From: the human T2T-CHM13v2.0 reference genome, Homo sapiens
Assembly (NCBI RefSeq): GCF_009914755.1
Contig: NC_060932.1
Direction: 5' to 3' (one strand)
Length of the DNA: 64,000 nt
Below, in pieces: positions 1 through 17,617 of the stretch; within the stretch, counting starts at the first letter, position 1, and every line of letters starts with the position of its first letter. The notes below the pieces were generated by a model. It had not been told where the DNA came from. It searched no databases and worked only from the letters and a program-made list of their open reading frames with translations. Position numbers and translations under genes: made by a program.

Positions 1-190
1 CTTTTGCACCTACTGCAAAGACCATCCTTTCCTCTAATTAATTATCTTAAAAACTTTGTCAAAAATAAATTGACTACATGTGTATCTATCTATTCTGGGA
101 CTTATATTTGTTTCTATTTTTCTATTTGTCTCTCTCTATGCCAATGTCATGCTATTTAATAACTACAGCTTTACAAAAGAGTAGAGATCA

Positions 191-464
191 GCCAGGCACA
201 GTGGCTCACACCTGTAATCCCAGCACTTTGCAAGGCTGAGGCAGGTGGATCACGAGGTAAAGATATCGAGACCATCCTGGCTAACACAGTGAAACCCCGT
301 CTCTACTAAAAATACAAAAAATTAGCCAGGCATGGTGGTGGGCACCTGTAGTCCCAGCTACTCAGGAGGCTGAGGCAGGAGAATGGCGTGAACTGGGAAG
401 CAGAGCTTGCAGTGAGCTGAGATCGCGCCACCACACTCCAGCTGGGGTGACAGAGCGAGACTCC

Positions 465-495
<31 letters not shown>
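191..495 (+). mobile_element. AluY SINE
   Basis: Dimeric Alu with poly(A); Y-type diagnostics (gaccatcctggctaacac, gaatggcgtgaac, gagcttgcagtgag); TSD tagagatcag at 182-191 and 497-506. Confidence 0.93.
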
Positions 496-499
496 CTAG

Positions 500-1110
500 A
501 GATCAGATATTATATATGTTCTCAAATTTTGTTCTTTTCTAACACTTGTTGCAAAGCTTATGAACTTTTGGACTGACATATAAATTCTTGAGTTGATTTG
601 TCAATTTTTACCAAAGAGCTACCGGGATTTCAATAAACATGGAATCAGTTTGGGGACATTTGATATTTTAACAATTAATCTCCCAAGCTGTGAACAAGGT
701 TTATATCTCCATTTATTAAAGTTTTATCTAATTTCTTTCAGTATATTTTGTGCTTTTGAGTATACACATTGTATACATATTTTATGACATTTATCCCTAT
801 AATTTTTAAATTTTATTGCCATCAAGATAAGTGCCATAAAAATGGCATTATTAAGTTAATGTAAAATCCCAATTGTCGATTGTAACTATATAGAAATATA
901 ATGAATTTCTGAATATTGACCTTGCATCCTGCAGCCTTGTGAAACTTACTTATTAGTTCCAGTAGCGTAATTCTTCAGTTTTTTTAAAAAGTGGATTATC
1001 ATGTTATCTGCAAATAAAAACACTTTCTTTTCTCTATGTATTTTGTTTCTTTTTCTTGCCAAACTTCACTAGCTAGGAATCACAATAAAACACAGAAAGA
1101 AAGTAGTATA
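500..1110 (-). mobile_element. Old L1 (L1M) ORF2 fragment; also 1-181
   Basis: T-rich degraded antisense L1 ORF2-like text (tttggggacatttgatattttaacaatt, aatattgaccttgcatcctgcagccttg). Confidence 0.65.
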
Positions 1111-1564
1111 TGTGGACAGGAGGTGAAATAGAAGTATATTGTTGAAGGTTTCATTCACTGTGTGGGAAATGATTTGTCATCTGGTGGTAGACTGTTGTGT
1201 TAGTTACCTATTGCTGAATAACAAAATACCCCAAACTTAGCAGCTTAAAACAGCAATAAACATTTATGATCTCCCACAGTTTCTGTGCATCTGGATGGGT
1301 TTAGCTGGGTGGTTCTGGCTAAGGGTCTCTCATGAAGTTGCAGTCAAGATGTGGAAAGGGGGTGGAGCCAAGATGGCTGAACAGGAACAGCTCCAGTCTA
1401 CAGCTCCCAGCATGAGTGATGCAGAAGATGGGTGATTTCCGCATTTCCAACTGAGGTACTGGGTTCATCTCACTGGGGAGTGTCGGAAAGTGGGTACAGG
1501 ACAGTGGGTGCAGCACACCAAGCGTGAGCCGAAGTAGGGGGAGGCATTGCCTCACCCGGGAAGT

Positions 1565-1810
1565 TCAAGGGGTCGGGGAATTCCCTTTCCTAGTCAAAGA
1601 AAGGGGTGACAGACGGCACCTGGAAAATCGGGTCACTCCCACCCTAATACTGCGCATTTCCAACAGTCTTAGCAAAGGGCACACCAGGAGATTATAGCCC
1701 ACGCCTGGCTCGGAGGGTCCTACGCCCACGGAGCCTCGCTCATTGCTAGCCCAGCAGTCTGAGATCAAACTGCAAGATGGCAGCGAGGCTGGCGGAGGGG
1801 CGCCCACCAT
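1565..1810 (-). CDS. L1 ORF0-like antisense ORF (81 aa), expression unknown
   Basis: MVGAPPPASLPSCSLISDCWASNERGSVGVGPSEPGVGYNLL...IRVGVTRFSRC resembles primate L1 ORF0; ATG at 1810-1808 and frame open to 1565. Confidence 0.6.
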   Translation of the reverse strand: MVGAPPPASLPSCSLISDCWASNERGSVGVGPSEPGVGYNLLVCPLLRLLEMRSIRVGVTRFSRCRLSPLSLTRKGNSPTP

Positions 1811-2385
1811 TGCCAAGGCTTGAGTAGGTAAACAAAGTGGCCAGGAAGCTTGAACTGGGTGGAGCCCACTGCAGCTCAAGGAGGCCTGCCTGCCTCTGTA
1901 GATGCCACCTCTGGGGGCAGGGCATTGCCAAACAAAAGGCAGCAGAAACCTCTGCAGACTTAAATGTCCCTGTCTGACAGCTTTGAAGAGAGTAATGGTT
2001 CTCCCAGCATGCAGCTGGAGATCTGAGAACGGATAGACTGCCTCCTCAAGTGGGTCCCTGACCCCTGAGTACCCTAACTGGGAGGCACCCCCCAGTAGGG
2101 GCAGATTGACACCTCACACAGCCGGGTACTACCCTGAGACAAAACTTCCAGAGGAAAGATCTGGCAGCAACATTTGCTGTTCACCAATACCCGCTGTTAT
2201 GCAGCCTCCGCTGCTGATACCCAGGCAAACAGGGTCTGGAGTGGACCTCCAGCAAACTCCAACAGACCTGCACCTGAGGGTCCTGACTGTTAGAAGGAAA
2301 GCTAACAAACAGAAAGGACATCCACACCAAAACCCCATCTGTATGTCACCATTATCAAAGACCAAAGGTAGATAAAACCACTAAG

Positions 2386-3406
2386 ATGGGGAAAAAACCG
2401 AGCAGAAAAACTGGAAACTCTAAAAATCAGAGTGCCTCTCCTCGTTCAAAGGAATGCAGCTCCTCACCAGCAACGGAACAAAGCTGGATGGAGAATGACT
2501 TTGACGAGTTGAGAGAAGAAGGCTTCAGACGATCAAACTACTCCGAGCTAAAGGAGGAAGTTCGAAACCATCACAAAGAAGCCAAAAACCTTGAAAAAAA
2601 ATTAGATGAATGGCTAACTAGAATAACCAATGCAGAGAAGTCCTTAAAGGACCTGATGGAGCTGAAAACCAAGGCACGAGAACTACGTGATGAATGCACA
2701 AGCCTCACTAGCTGATTTGATCAACTGGAAGAAAGGGTATCAGTGATGGAAGATCAAATGAATTAATGAAATGAAGCGAGAAGAGAAGTTTAGAGAAAAA
2801 AGAATAAAAAGAAATGAACAAAGCCTCCAAGAAATATGGGACTATGTGAAAAGACCAAATCTACATCTGACTGGTGTACCTGAAAGTGACAGGGTGAATG
2901 GAACCAAGTTGGAAAACACTCTGCAGGATATTATCCAGGAGAACTTCCCCAATCTAGCAAGGCAGGCCAACATTCAAATTCAGGAAATATAGAGAACACC
3001 ACAAAGATACTCCTCGAGAAGAGCAACTCCAAGACACATAATTGTCAGATTCACCAAAGTTGAAATGAAGGAAAAAATGTTAAGGGCAGCCAGAGAGAAA
3101 GGTCGGGTTACCCACAAAGGGAAGCCCATCAGACTAACAGCAGATCTCTCGGCAGAAACTCTACAAGCCAGAAGAGAGTGGGGGCCAATATTCAACATTC
3201 TTAAAGAAAAGAATTTTCAACCCAGAATTTCATATCCAGCCAAACTAAGCTTGATAACTGAAGGAGAAATAAAATACTTTACAGACAAGCAAATGCTGAG
3301 AGATTTTGTCACCACCAGGCCTGCCCTAAAAGAGCTCCTGAAGGAAGCACTAAACATGGAAAGGAACAACCGGTACCAGCCCCTGCAAAAACATGCCAAA
3401 TTGTAA
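2386..3406 (+). pseudogene. L1 ORF1p (RNA-binding chaperone), disrupted
   Basis: MGKKPSRKTGNSKNQSAS...LQKHAKL; stop at 2713-2715, frameshift near 2760, stop at 2990-2992. Confidence 0.95.
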
Positions 3407-3469
3407 AGACCATCGAGGCTAGGAAGAAACTGCATCAACTAACGAGCAAAATAACCAGCTAACATCATA

Positions 3470-7300
<3,831 letters not shown>

Positions 7301-7901
7301 ACAATGAGAACACATGGACACAGGAAGGGGAACATCACACACCAGAGCCTGTTGTGGGGTGGGGTGGGGAGGAAGGATAGCATGAGGAGATATACCTAAT
7401 GTTAAATGACGAGTTACTGGGTGCAGCACAACAACATGGCACATCTATACATATGTAACTAACCTGCACATTGTGCGCAAGTACCCTAAAACTGAAAGTA
7501 TAATAATAATAAATAAATAAAAGATGTCGAAAGGGGTTGCAGTTATCTAAACACTTTACTGGTGCTGCAAAATTTGCTTCCAAGATGGCTCACTCACGTA
7601 ACTGGGAAGTTGATGCTGGGTCTTGGCTGGAGACTTCAGTTTCTCTCCATGTAAACTCTCTGTAGATGTGAGCATCCTCAGGACATGGCAGTTGGGTTTT
7701 CCTCAGAGGAGCAATGCAAAAAGGAGCAAGTTGGAAGCTCCAATATCTTTTTGACCTAGGCTTAAAATCCATACATTGTCAGTTCTCCATATTCTATTCT
7801 TTACAGAGTTTGGCCCTATGCCATGCAGGATGAGACTATATTAGAGTTGAACAGTAGAATGCAGAGACTGTTGGGGAGCATCTTAGAAGCTGCTTAACAC
7901 A

Positions 7902-9480
7902 ACTATGGTAAGTTACAGTGTCCTTATCATATACCTTACTTCTATATATGTTATAAAGCCAACAGTACATTATTTCTATTTTGCTTTAAGCAGTCAATTA
8001 TCTGTTAAAGAGACTTAAAAACTAAGAAAATTAAGTATTTTTCATGTATCCATATATTTATGATTTCTGGCATTTTTTATTCCTATGTGAATACACAAGT
8101 TTCCATCTGGCATCATTTTCCTTCTGCCTGAATAACTTCCCTTAATATTTCTTATATTTAGTTTGCTGACAATGAATTTTACCTCTTTTGTTTGTCTGGA
8201 GAATTGTTTATTCACCTTTATTTTTAAAAAATCAAAAACCTGGACATAGAATTCTAGATTGACAGGTTTTTTTTCTTTCAACACTTGGAGGACTGTCATC
8301 CAGTTTGTGTAGTTTCTGATGAGAAGTTTCTGTTGAGACAGTGCCTTTTTTTTTTCCTCTGGCTGCTATTATGATTTTTCTCTTTATCAAAACTGGTTTT
8401 CTAAAATTCAATTACAATGTGTATTGGTGTGATTTTCTTAGGATGCTTTTCCGTCTTAGGATTCTTTGAGTTTCTAGGATCTATGAGTTTATACTTTTCA
8501 TGACAGTTGGACAAACATTTGGCCATTATGTCTTCTCTTTTTACACTCCTCCACCTTGCTTCAGTGGTTCCAATTATATTAGATCTCCTGACTTTGTTCC
8601 TGAGGTCACTGATGCTCTGTTCATTTTTCTATTAGTCATTTTTCTCCCTGAGCTTCATTTTTGATAGATTCTATTGCTCCTTCAATTTCACTCATCTTTT
8701 CTTCTGCAGTATCTAATCAGCTGTTGATCCCGTTCAATCTATTCATTTCAGAGATGAAATGAAGAATCTATTGTATTTTTCATCTCTATAACTTTGATTT
8801 GTCTTCTTCTATTATCTATATCTCTCTTCATCATGCTCATGCTTCCCTATACCTTACTCATGATGTGAAGCATATTTACAATAGACAATTTTAGTCATTA
8901 CATCACCTCTGTCATTTCTGGTGCTGTTTCTATTTATTGACATTTTTCTTCTGATTATGGGTTAGGTTTCTTATTCTTTCTACTGTCTGGTAAATGTTTT
9001 ATTGCTTTGCGACATTGAAACCTCACTTAATAGGGTGGTAGATTTTGTTGTAACCCTTCTAGTAGTCTTAGGCTTTGTTCTAGCACGCAGTTATGTTACT
9101 TAGTAGCAGTCTACCTCTTTTGAGGCTTGTTAGGGAAATCCAGAGTATATTTTAGTCCAGGGCTAATTTAGCCTCACTACTAACTTCACTACTGAGGTAT
9201 TCTTCTGAGGATTCTATTCAATGCCCCTATATAATACAGTGTAATAAGGTCTTTCCACTCTAACTGATGGGAACACAAACTCTTCCCAGCCTTAAGTGAG
9301 CTTCAGGAATTATTTGGCTTATTGCCTCCCAGCAGTTCTTACCCCTGCCAGGGGTATCTTTCTCTCTCACATGCACATACCAAGGCTCAAGGGACCCCTT
9401 TGTGATCTCTGGGTATATTCTCTCTTATCTCTCTCTCTCTCTCTTCACCAACCCCCCCCCCCACCCAAAATCTCTATCCA
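7902..9480 (-). mobile_element. Old L1 (L1MC/L1ME-type) 5'/ORF1 relic
   Basis: T-rich antisense L1 text; minus-strand ORF ...EVKFIVSKLNIRNIKGSYSGRRKMMPDGNL typical of the ORF1 end of old L1. Confidence 0.65.
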
Positions 9481-9555
9481 CTTTAGTCTCCATGAACTCT
9501 AATTTCTAATCCCTCCACTAAGGTAGACTGCCAGGATCTGTTCGAGGTTTCCCTC

Positions 9556-9753
9556 TGATATGGTTTGGCTCTGTGTCCCCACCTAAATCTTATCTCAAAT
9601 TGTAATCCCCCATGTGTCAAGAAAGGGACTTGGTGGGAGGTGACTGGATCATGTGGGCAGTTTTCCCTATGCTGTTCTTGTGATAGTGAGGGAGTTCTCA
9701 TGAGATCTGACGGTTTAAAAGCGGCAGTTTCCCCTGCACTTTTGCTCTCTCTG

Positions 9754-9785
<32 letters not shown>

Positions 9786-9957
9786 TCCTGCCACCTCTTA
9801 AAGACATGCCTTGCTTCCCCTTCACCTTCCACCATGATTGTAAGTTTCCTGAGGCCTCCCCAGCCATGAGGAACTGTGAGTCAATTAAACCTCTTTCCTT
9901 TTTAAATTACCCAGTTTCAGGTCATTCTTTATAGCAGCGTGAAAACAGACTAATAAA
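9556..9957 (+). mobile_element. THE1D-like (ERVL-MaLR) solo LTR with expanded (CT)n
   Basis: tgatatggtttggctctgtgtcccc...gaaaacagactaataaa; 5-bp TSD ccctc at 9551-9555 and 9958-9962. Confidence 0.88.
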
Positions 9958-10229
9958 CCCTCCATCTATTAAAGCTCGAAAACTGCCTCTAGGTGGCAAG
10001 CCAAGCTGAGGTAATAATAAGGTTCAATTTGTTTATTATGCCTGAAAACATTGTTTTGTCCAATTTTCTATTTGTTTGAGGTACACAGTAAATGTAGTCT
10101 CTGTCATCCCATTATAGCCAGAGCAGAAATGATCTCCAGAAATCTTTTTTAAATGTCAAATTACTTGCTGGATACCTCTTTTTACAAATATAGGAAGATA
10201 CCTCTACTTCCAAATATAAGACGCATATG

Positions 10230-11500
10230 AAACTTAACATATATAAAGTTTAACTCTGCTCTCCTCTGCATGCCCTGAATCAAGTAAACCTGCCCCTTCT
10301 TTCATGTTCCCCGTGTCAGTAAATGGCAACTCAATCATTCCCATTGTTTGGACCAAAATTTCAAAATTTCTCTTTCACACTTAATAGCTAAACCATCAGC
10401 AAATTCTTTCAAATCTTGTCCTCAAATGTATATACAGACTCTAATCCGATCGCAACCATCCTAGTTTACTTCAGCTCATCATCCCCTCTTTCCCTGGATT
10501 ATTGCAGTAGCTCCTGTATCAATCAGGTTCACTGCAGTAATCCTGCATAAAAATTATTCCTCCAATCTCAGTAGCTTTCAATGCAATTTATTTCATGCTC
10601 ATTGGTCTACAAGTCTGCTGTGGCTTTGCTATCGTTGGCTGGGCTTTGCAGGGTCATCCTGGCTTGATTGTAGGCTGCTGTTCAGGTTCAGGTTTGCTCC
10701 ATATCTCTCGTTCTGAGGCCCAGGCTTAAGGGCACTGATTGCTCACAGTATTCTTTTGGCAGAAGCACAAAAGGGCTGGAAGAAATTTGCTGGGTCTTTT
10801 AAGGCTTTGCCTCCCCACTGGTACAGAGTCACTTTTCACTCACATTCCATTGACTACAGCAAGTCAAATAGCCAAATCCAGTGATGGTGGCCTGGGGAAA
10901 TCTTATGGGGAGGACAGTAGGGTGAATATTTGCTGAATAATAATCTACCACAGCCTCCTAATTGCTCTTCCTGTTCTTTCTCTTGTGCTTTTCAGTCTGT
11001 TTTCAACATAGAATACAGAATGTTCCTTTTAAAACACACCAAGATCCTTCTGTGCGAAAAACCCATCAATGACTGCTCATTTCCCTCAGAGTCTATACAG
11101 CAGTCTACAAAGCCTTAGTCACTCCTGCATCTGGTCACTTTTCTGGCTTCATGTTCTACTATTGCCTCCTTCCTCTCTGAGTATCATTAACACAGGCCTC
11201 TTTCTTTGCTAAGCTGGAACAGGCCAGGCAAATTCCTGTCTCAGGCCTTTGCAGTTGCAATGTACATATCTGAAACATTATTCTGCCCCCCCCCACCCCC
11301 AGTTGTCTCTCATGCTGTTCAGATCTCTGCTCAAATGTGACCTTAGTGAGGTCTTCCAAGAGTACCTTATTTGTAATTTCAAACTTTTTGATACTTTCTG
11401 GCCCTCTTCTTTGCATTACTTTTCTCCAGAGCACTTACTATACTTTGTTTTATTTATTGTCTGTCTCCTCCCACTAAAATGTGATATCCAGGTTCTAAGG
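10230..11500 (+). mobile_element. L2 LINE 3' relic interrupted by an MLT1 LTR (~10515-10951)
   Basis: aatggcaactcaatcattccc, ctggattattgcagtagc..cctcctaattgctc, ctctgctcaaatgtgacc, tttattgtctgtctcctcccactaaaatgtga are L2-like; the insert ends taatctaccaca. Confidence 0.6.
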
Positions 11501-14500
11501 GTTCTAAGGATGCTGTTGGAGAAACAGACTTGGGAAAGTACTGCTCCAAGCTCAAGCTGCTCTCACTAATGATCCTGTTTCTCGTCTTCATGTTAGGTGT
11601 TTTCTTAATAATGGCCACAAGGTGGCATGCATAATACCTAATTCCAAAAACATAGCCAAACATACTCTTAGGAGTTAAAGTTATATCATCCAGTATATGT
11701 AACTTTAGTTCACAATGGAAACAGCAGAAATTTTCCCAAATAAAATTTGGAAAAAATAAACAAGGAAAAAAGCAGCCCAAACCACAACTACTATCACCAC
11801 ACTGACCACTGACACCACAAGATACACAGTTTATCTTTCTCATTATGAAAATTTAGCATGTGAAAGCACAGGTTGAGGATTATTCTGGAATTTTCTTCAG
11901 GTCTTTGTTGTTTGCTTGGTTGCTTGTTTGCTTGCTTTTTAAATCTCTGTAGCTACTAAGCTTTCCTTTTGAGTGTGACAGTGGTAAGGGTCTCTCTTAT
12001 GTCTTCGGGCATTTTATTTCAAAAGTTCACATGATGTAATCTTTATTATGCTTCTCCCCTCATAACAGGTAAGTCCTTGAGTTCACGACCATGAAGAAGT
12101 GATTAGTCAATTATCTGAGAACCACTTCCTCCTAAGTGAGAAGAAGAAACAAGCCAAAGATAGAAGAGGCAGCAGTGTGGGAAAAATTAAATGAAGAGAC
12201 CTTCCCAAATTGTTCTCTTTTCCTGGTTCTCCTGTAAGGTGAGAATGGGCTGTATACACTCGGAAATGCATGCAACATCTATGGAGTGGTTATCTGTTAC
12301 TCATTATATTGTAGTTCTCTGTTGTCATCGCTGAATCTCTGGTAAATGCTTGTTAGAGGCTACAGTGTGATCTCAACTGTACTGCAGGAAATTCAGGAAG
12401 GGTTGTATGCCCTAAATAGGCCTGGGTGGGAAAGGTGGAAACATCCACATTTTCCTTGGTGCCAGGGTGGGAGTGGGAACAGTGACTAATGAGTTCTTTG
12501 AGGAGCAGAGGGCAGAAGTCCTGAGTGCAAGATCCAGCTGTCCCTTCCTCCACAGATCCTCATTCCACTGCCAACTTTCAAAGTACTAATGAATAAGGAA
12601 TCTCATTGGTTTCCTTTTAAGGGGCATCAAAATTCTGGTTCCATGTAAAATTTCTTATAGGTTTATACAATGTCTCTGCATTTTTAGCACCCTCTGTGTT
12701 TTCCATTGAATCTCATTTTTGAACAATTTCCCTTTCAAAAAAAGCAAAGCATTTTCCTAGTCATTCAAAACCATAACCAAGTTACTTGAAACATACTTGG
12801 AAGTACTCAAAAACACAGCCTGAATTTCATAAACCACGGCCTGAATTCCATCCTTTATATATTCACTAGTAGGTACGTGGCTAGAGAATAGTAGGCAATC
12901 ACATTCTGCTTCCTAATTAGAAAGCAGCATATCTAAAGAACTACATTTGATATGTCATGAATAGAGGGCTCAAAATCTAAGCCAAAAGTAAAAAAATACA
13001 TTATAACTAGTGATAAGAACATGTTGTACCAGAAAAGTAAATCCTCATAAGAAATGACAATCTACAATTTAATGAGCTCAGAATTACTCTAATCTTTTAA
13101 TCTCCAAATATTCCTCAATATTAAAAGCCATTATATGAAGGTACATACATGAATCAGACGAAATAATTCACAAAGGCACTCAGAGAATCTTGGACTCTTA
13201 TTAGCTTCCTTAAGTCTATAATATTATTCAGAAAAGGAACTAGGTGGAAGTCTACATATTATTTTCTGAACTTGATTGTTAAGACTAAACTGGTTATACA
13301 TGTCTAGCTTCTCTAACTGGCCTGACATTCAAATAAAGACTACATAAATACACTATTTATTTATGCACACTTGTACACGGTTGTAACAATTTTTATATAA
13401 ATATAATAAATATTTTTAGAATAATATAGAAATATACATGATCACGCTGTAAAACAATCCCAGTTACCAAGTTCTATTCTCTCTTACGTCTAAGTCACTG
13501 TCTTAGACTATAGTTTATGCTATGTGAAGTCAACTCTTTGCAGCCACAAGACAGCCTTTAGTTCTGTGCTCTACTATACTAAATTCATGGTATTTAGTTA
13601 TGAAATTCTGGACTTTTGACAATCCTCTAGCAGAAAAGCCATGGGTTTCCATATGCCCTCGAATATAGCACTTCTGAAACTTTACTGTGTATATGAATCA
13701 CCTAAAAACCTTCTGAGAAATATTCTTAGTTCACATTTCAAAGGGCTCCGTGCAAACAAAGCAGCAATGGCTGGAAATTATTCGGCCTTTGTTGTTTCCC
13801 TGTTTCTACCTCTGCTCAGTGACAAAAAACTAAAGAACATACATATTGTCCTTAATGTATGACTGCAACTATTAACACTAGGTAAATTATAATCCATAGT
13901 CCAGTCTAGTGTTTGTAAAGAAATCCCCATTCTAACTGGCTAGTCTCCCTGCTATGATGTAATCTTTTCTTGTGTGTCATTCCAGTCCCTTACAGTAATT
14001 TCCTAATTTCAGGGGAAAATTGAGTTTGCCTCTCAAAACAAAGCTGATACATGGTATTGCAAAGAAAAGAACAAGATTTCAATGCATCTTATTTTAATAG
14101 TCTATTATGAAGCAAGTCACTACAACCAGCCTTTACAAAACAGCTTATGTTAAAAGTTGGGATATTCTGAAAGGTAGTTAAAGAGTAATTTTTATTTGTT
14201 CTGCACAAAATAACCTTTCCTCTAATTTAAACAATGCAAGTGTAAACTAACAGCATAATCCCAATATATAACTCTTTCCAAATCCAGAGAAAGAAATGAA
14301 GTGATGTCTTTTAACCATCTTTCTGTCTCTAAGAATAAGAGATTATAGAAGATGAAATGTAGGAGACACAGTATGAGATCTTCTCAGAGAGCTTTAGGGC
14401 CCCTGCTACTTGTAGATAAGAATGAGCTAATTAGTGGGTTTGAGCAACAGGGATTTGATGATGCCACACCAGGAAGACCCTCAATCAGTGCCCATTGCAG

Positions 14501-16229
14501 GAAAGAGTGCCAAGGTGTTCTCATCAGCCCAGCTGAAAGCACTTTTCCTGGAAACAGACAATATAAACATGAACTTCAAAAGGACACGAGCAAGTATTAT
14601 TCTTTCCATTTTGGGGACTTTACACAGTGTTCAGTGAATAGTGGGTACTTCATTAATAACTCAAGACTTTTCAAAGCCTAGAATCAGAGCATTTGACAAA
14701 TGCTGATTAGCACCGGAGCTGGCATTTGTCAAGCTCTGACTTTTAACTCCTTTCCCCTCAGAATATCTGTGGTCCAATAAAATATCCCTGCCCCAGAAGG
14801 CAGGTGTGAGAGAGTACTGTGTTTGGCAAAAAGGAACACCGAGCTCTCTCTAAAAGGCAAATATACTTCTGCTTTTTATTTGTTCTAACAAAGACAATGG
14901 CCATCCGTCATGTTTCAGAGGAGCAGAGGACATCCACATGCATACTTGGAGGCCACTTCCCCAATCTTTGCTGCAATCCCCTTGTATCTGCCCACTGGAG
15001 ACCAAGAAGATACACAGTTCAGCTCCTCTAATCTTTTCACAAATATAACAACGCTTAGGTGGGTTTGTAGAATCTTGGGGTAATCTCATGCCTAGCAGTT
15101 AATTACCAGTTCCTTGGTGCGCCTTACAAAACTACACTCACTAAGTAATCACACATGACATGCTCATTCATTTAGGCCACCACCTACCTCAAACATTGTT
15201 CAAGACTTGAGAGAGGTGCATCTCCATGAAGAATTATTGGCACTATTTTCTCTTCTACTTAGAGTCACAGGACAGCAGAGCCATATGCCACAAACAAAAA
15301 TCAAACCAAAATAACATAAAATATTACCACTGTTAAGACGAGAAAAAGAATATGTTAAGATGGGGCAGGAATGCTGAACACACCTCTTTCCTTTCCCTGA
15401 CTTTTTAAAACACTGCTACGTCCTTGTCAAATTCTGTTTGAGAAGTTAGACTCACACGCTTCCCAAATCTTAAAGCCTAGGAATACATTTTCCAGTAATA
15501 CAGTAACTAGCGACAAAATTACTCTTCAGTCAAGCAAGTTGAAAGAAGTATGGAATTCATTTTAAATGGGTTATTAGCTGAATACTAAAATCAATCGTTC
15601 AATGTCCCAGGATTTTATCAATTAGATTTAACTGTAATTTAAGACAGTCATTAGCTTCCTAAATTCTTAAACTTTCAGAGCTTATAAAAGCAACACAGCC
15701 TGGCTGTGTATTTCAATCACCAAGTAGAGTCAAAACGTGTTTCAAGAGATCACTAAAATGCCTGCTGGAACTGAGGAAGGGAAAAAACAAGATAAAAACA
15801 AACACTAGCAAAACCGATACCCTAGTCACCTAATAAGCTTTTAGACAACAGATCTCCCTCCAGATTCTTGCAAGATTTCTTCTTTGACCTGACTCCCTTT
15901 AGATATAATAATTTATATGGTGCCCCTACTATCAGGGTTTAAGTGAGTCATCGCTTTGTTCTCTATATGTCAAAAGCACTCAGTACCTTCCACATATTCC
16001 TCTCTTGAAATTCAGAGTGGAACAAGTCACAAAACTTGTTTTCCCTCAGAGATAAGGTTATGCCAAATCAGCCAAGTCCCTGAGAAAAAGGCATCCCCAG
16101 TATTTTCATGTACTGGTACCATTTATTATAAAGGGAGACTTTTTAATTTTGTTGATTTGTTTGTTTTGAGGGGCCACATAAATTACTGTAAAATTGCTTT
16201 AGATTTCACACTCAGGCAGCGACACACAG

Positions 16230-16530
16230 TAGCTAAGAGACTAGACTTTGTCAGACAGAATGGGAATCTGGTAGGTTTTACCACTTACTAACCCACATAA
16301 CATTGGGAAAGTAACATTAGCTAATTGTTAATTACTAAGGCACTGTTCAAAGTGCTTAACTTGAATGAATTCATTTACTCCTCAAAAGTCCCTATGAGAT
16401 AGGATCCTATAAATGAGGTAACTGAGGTAAAAACAGTAAGTAATATACTCAAGATCACAGAGCTGGTAAAATAAAGAACTGAGAATAAACTCAGGTAGCC
16501 CTGTTGCTAAAGCCTATATTCTTAACCACT
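16230..16530. mobile_element. MIR SINE fragments
   Basis: aaatgaggtaactgaggt...ctcaagatcacagagctggtaaa core; further MIR pieces near 17170-17265 and 18190-18375. Confidence 0.6.
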
Positions 16531-16588
16531 TCATTGGTGGTTTTTAAAAAATTTAAATACAACCCACTCCAAGAAGTAATTTTTTAAG

Positions 16589-16889
16589 GGCTGGGTGTGG
16601 TGGCTCACACATGTAATCCCAGCACTTTGGGAGGCTGGGGTGGGCAGATCACCTGAGGTCAGGAGTTCGAGACCAGCCTGACCAACATGGAGAAATCCCG
16701 TCTCTACAAAAAAAAAAAAAAAAAAATTATCTAGGCGTGGTGGCACATGTCTGTAATTCCAGCTACTCAGGAGGCTGAGGCAGGAGAATCGCTTGAACCT
16801 GGGAGGTGGAGGCTGCAGTGAGCCGAGATCGCACAATGCACTCCAGCCTGGGCAACAAGAGCAAAACTCCGTCTCAAAAAAAAAAAAAA
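16589..16889 (+). mobile_element. AluSp-like SINE, inserted into a hAT-Charlie-like relic (~16532-17145)
   Basis: gaccagcctgaccaacatggagaaa and caacaagagcaaaactcc diagnostics; TSD aagtaattttt. Confidence 0.9.
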
Positions 16890-17617
16890 GTAATTTTTAC
16901 TAGGACTCATTGTAAGAAATATGTTCTGTAACACAACCCAGTACATACACATATGTGTTTATTTTATAGACATGATAAGATATATATATAATTGAAACCA
17001 AAATTTGATGAAGCTATGCCTACTCTTACTTCCTGAAATGCAATGATATTTCATATTCTATTTTATTGTTTAATAACTACTGATCACTCCCTACAAAATT
17101 GATTTCAAAATCCACTGAGAGTCATGACCTGAAGTTTGAAAACAAGAAACATTTATTTTTACCACCATGGAAAATTTTGGAGGATTAAGTAAGATAACAT
17201 ACGCAGAGCATTTAGCATAACTCCTGGCACATACCATGTGCTAAATTCATGGTAGCTATTTTTATGTATCTTTTTGAAAACTAGCTGCAATTGTGGAAGG
17301 CAGGGACAATGAGGGGAAAACCCTGACTGGGCTATAGATGAATTTATTGTCAGTTAGGTCTGTCCTTGGTAGTGAGATGGGGAATTTCTCCAGTATCTTT
17401 AACTTGTGCTGCAATGGAAATGTGTATGCAGAAAGAGAGCTGACTCATGGTTATCTCTTCTCCACTACAAAAAATTGCAAATTACAAGTTATTGTGCCTC
17501 ACCACTGGAAACCTCAGTAAATTCCAAATTATTGATCCATATTTACATCCAGTACTTACACTGGATACGATGATGTATACAGAACTGGTCTTCAAAAGGA
17601 GTCCTGCTGGGAAGAAG

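Noticed and set aside
12060-12245. Two plus-strand splice-donor-like motifs (CAG|GTAAGT, AAG|GTGAGA)
   Set aside because: No coding frame or promoter support from sequence; cannot call exons without RNA data
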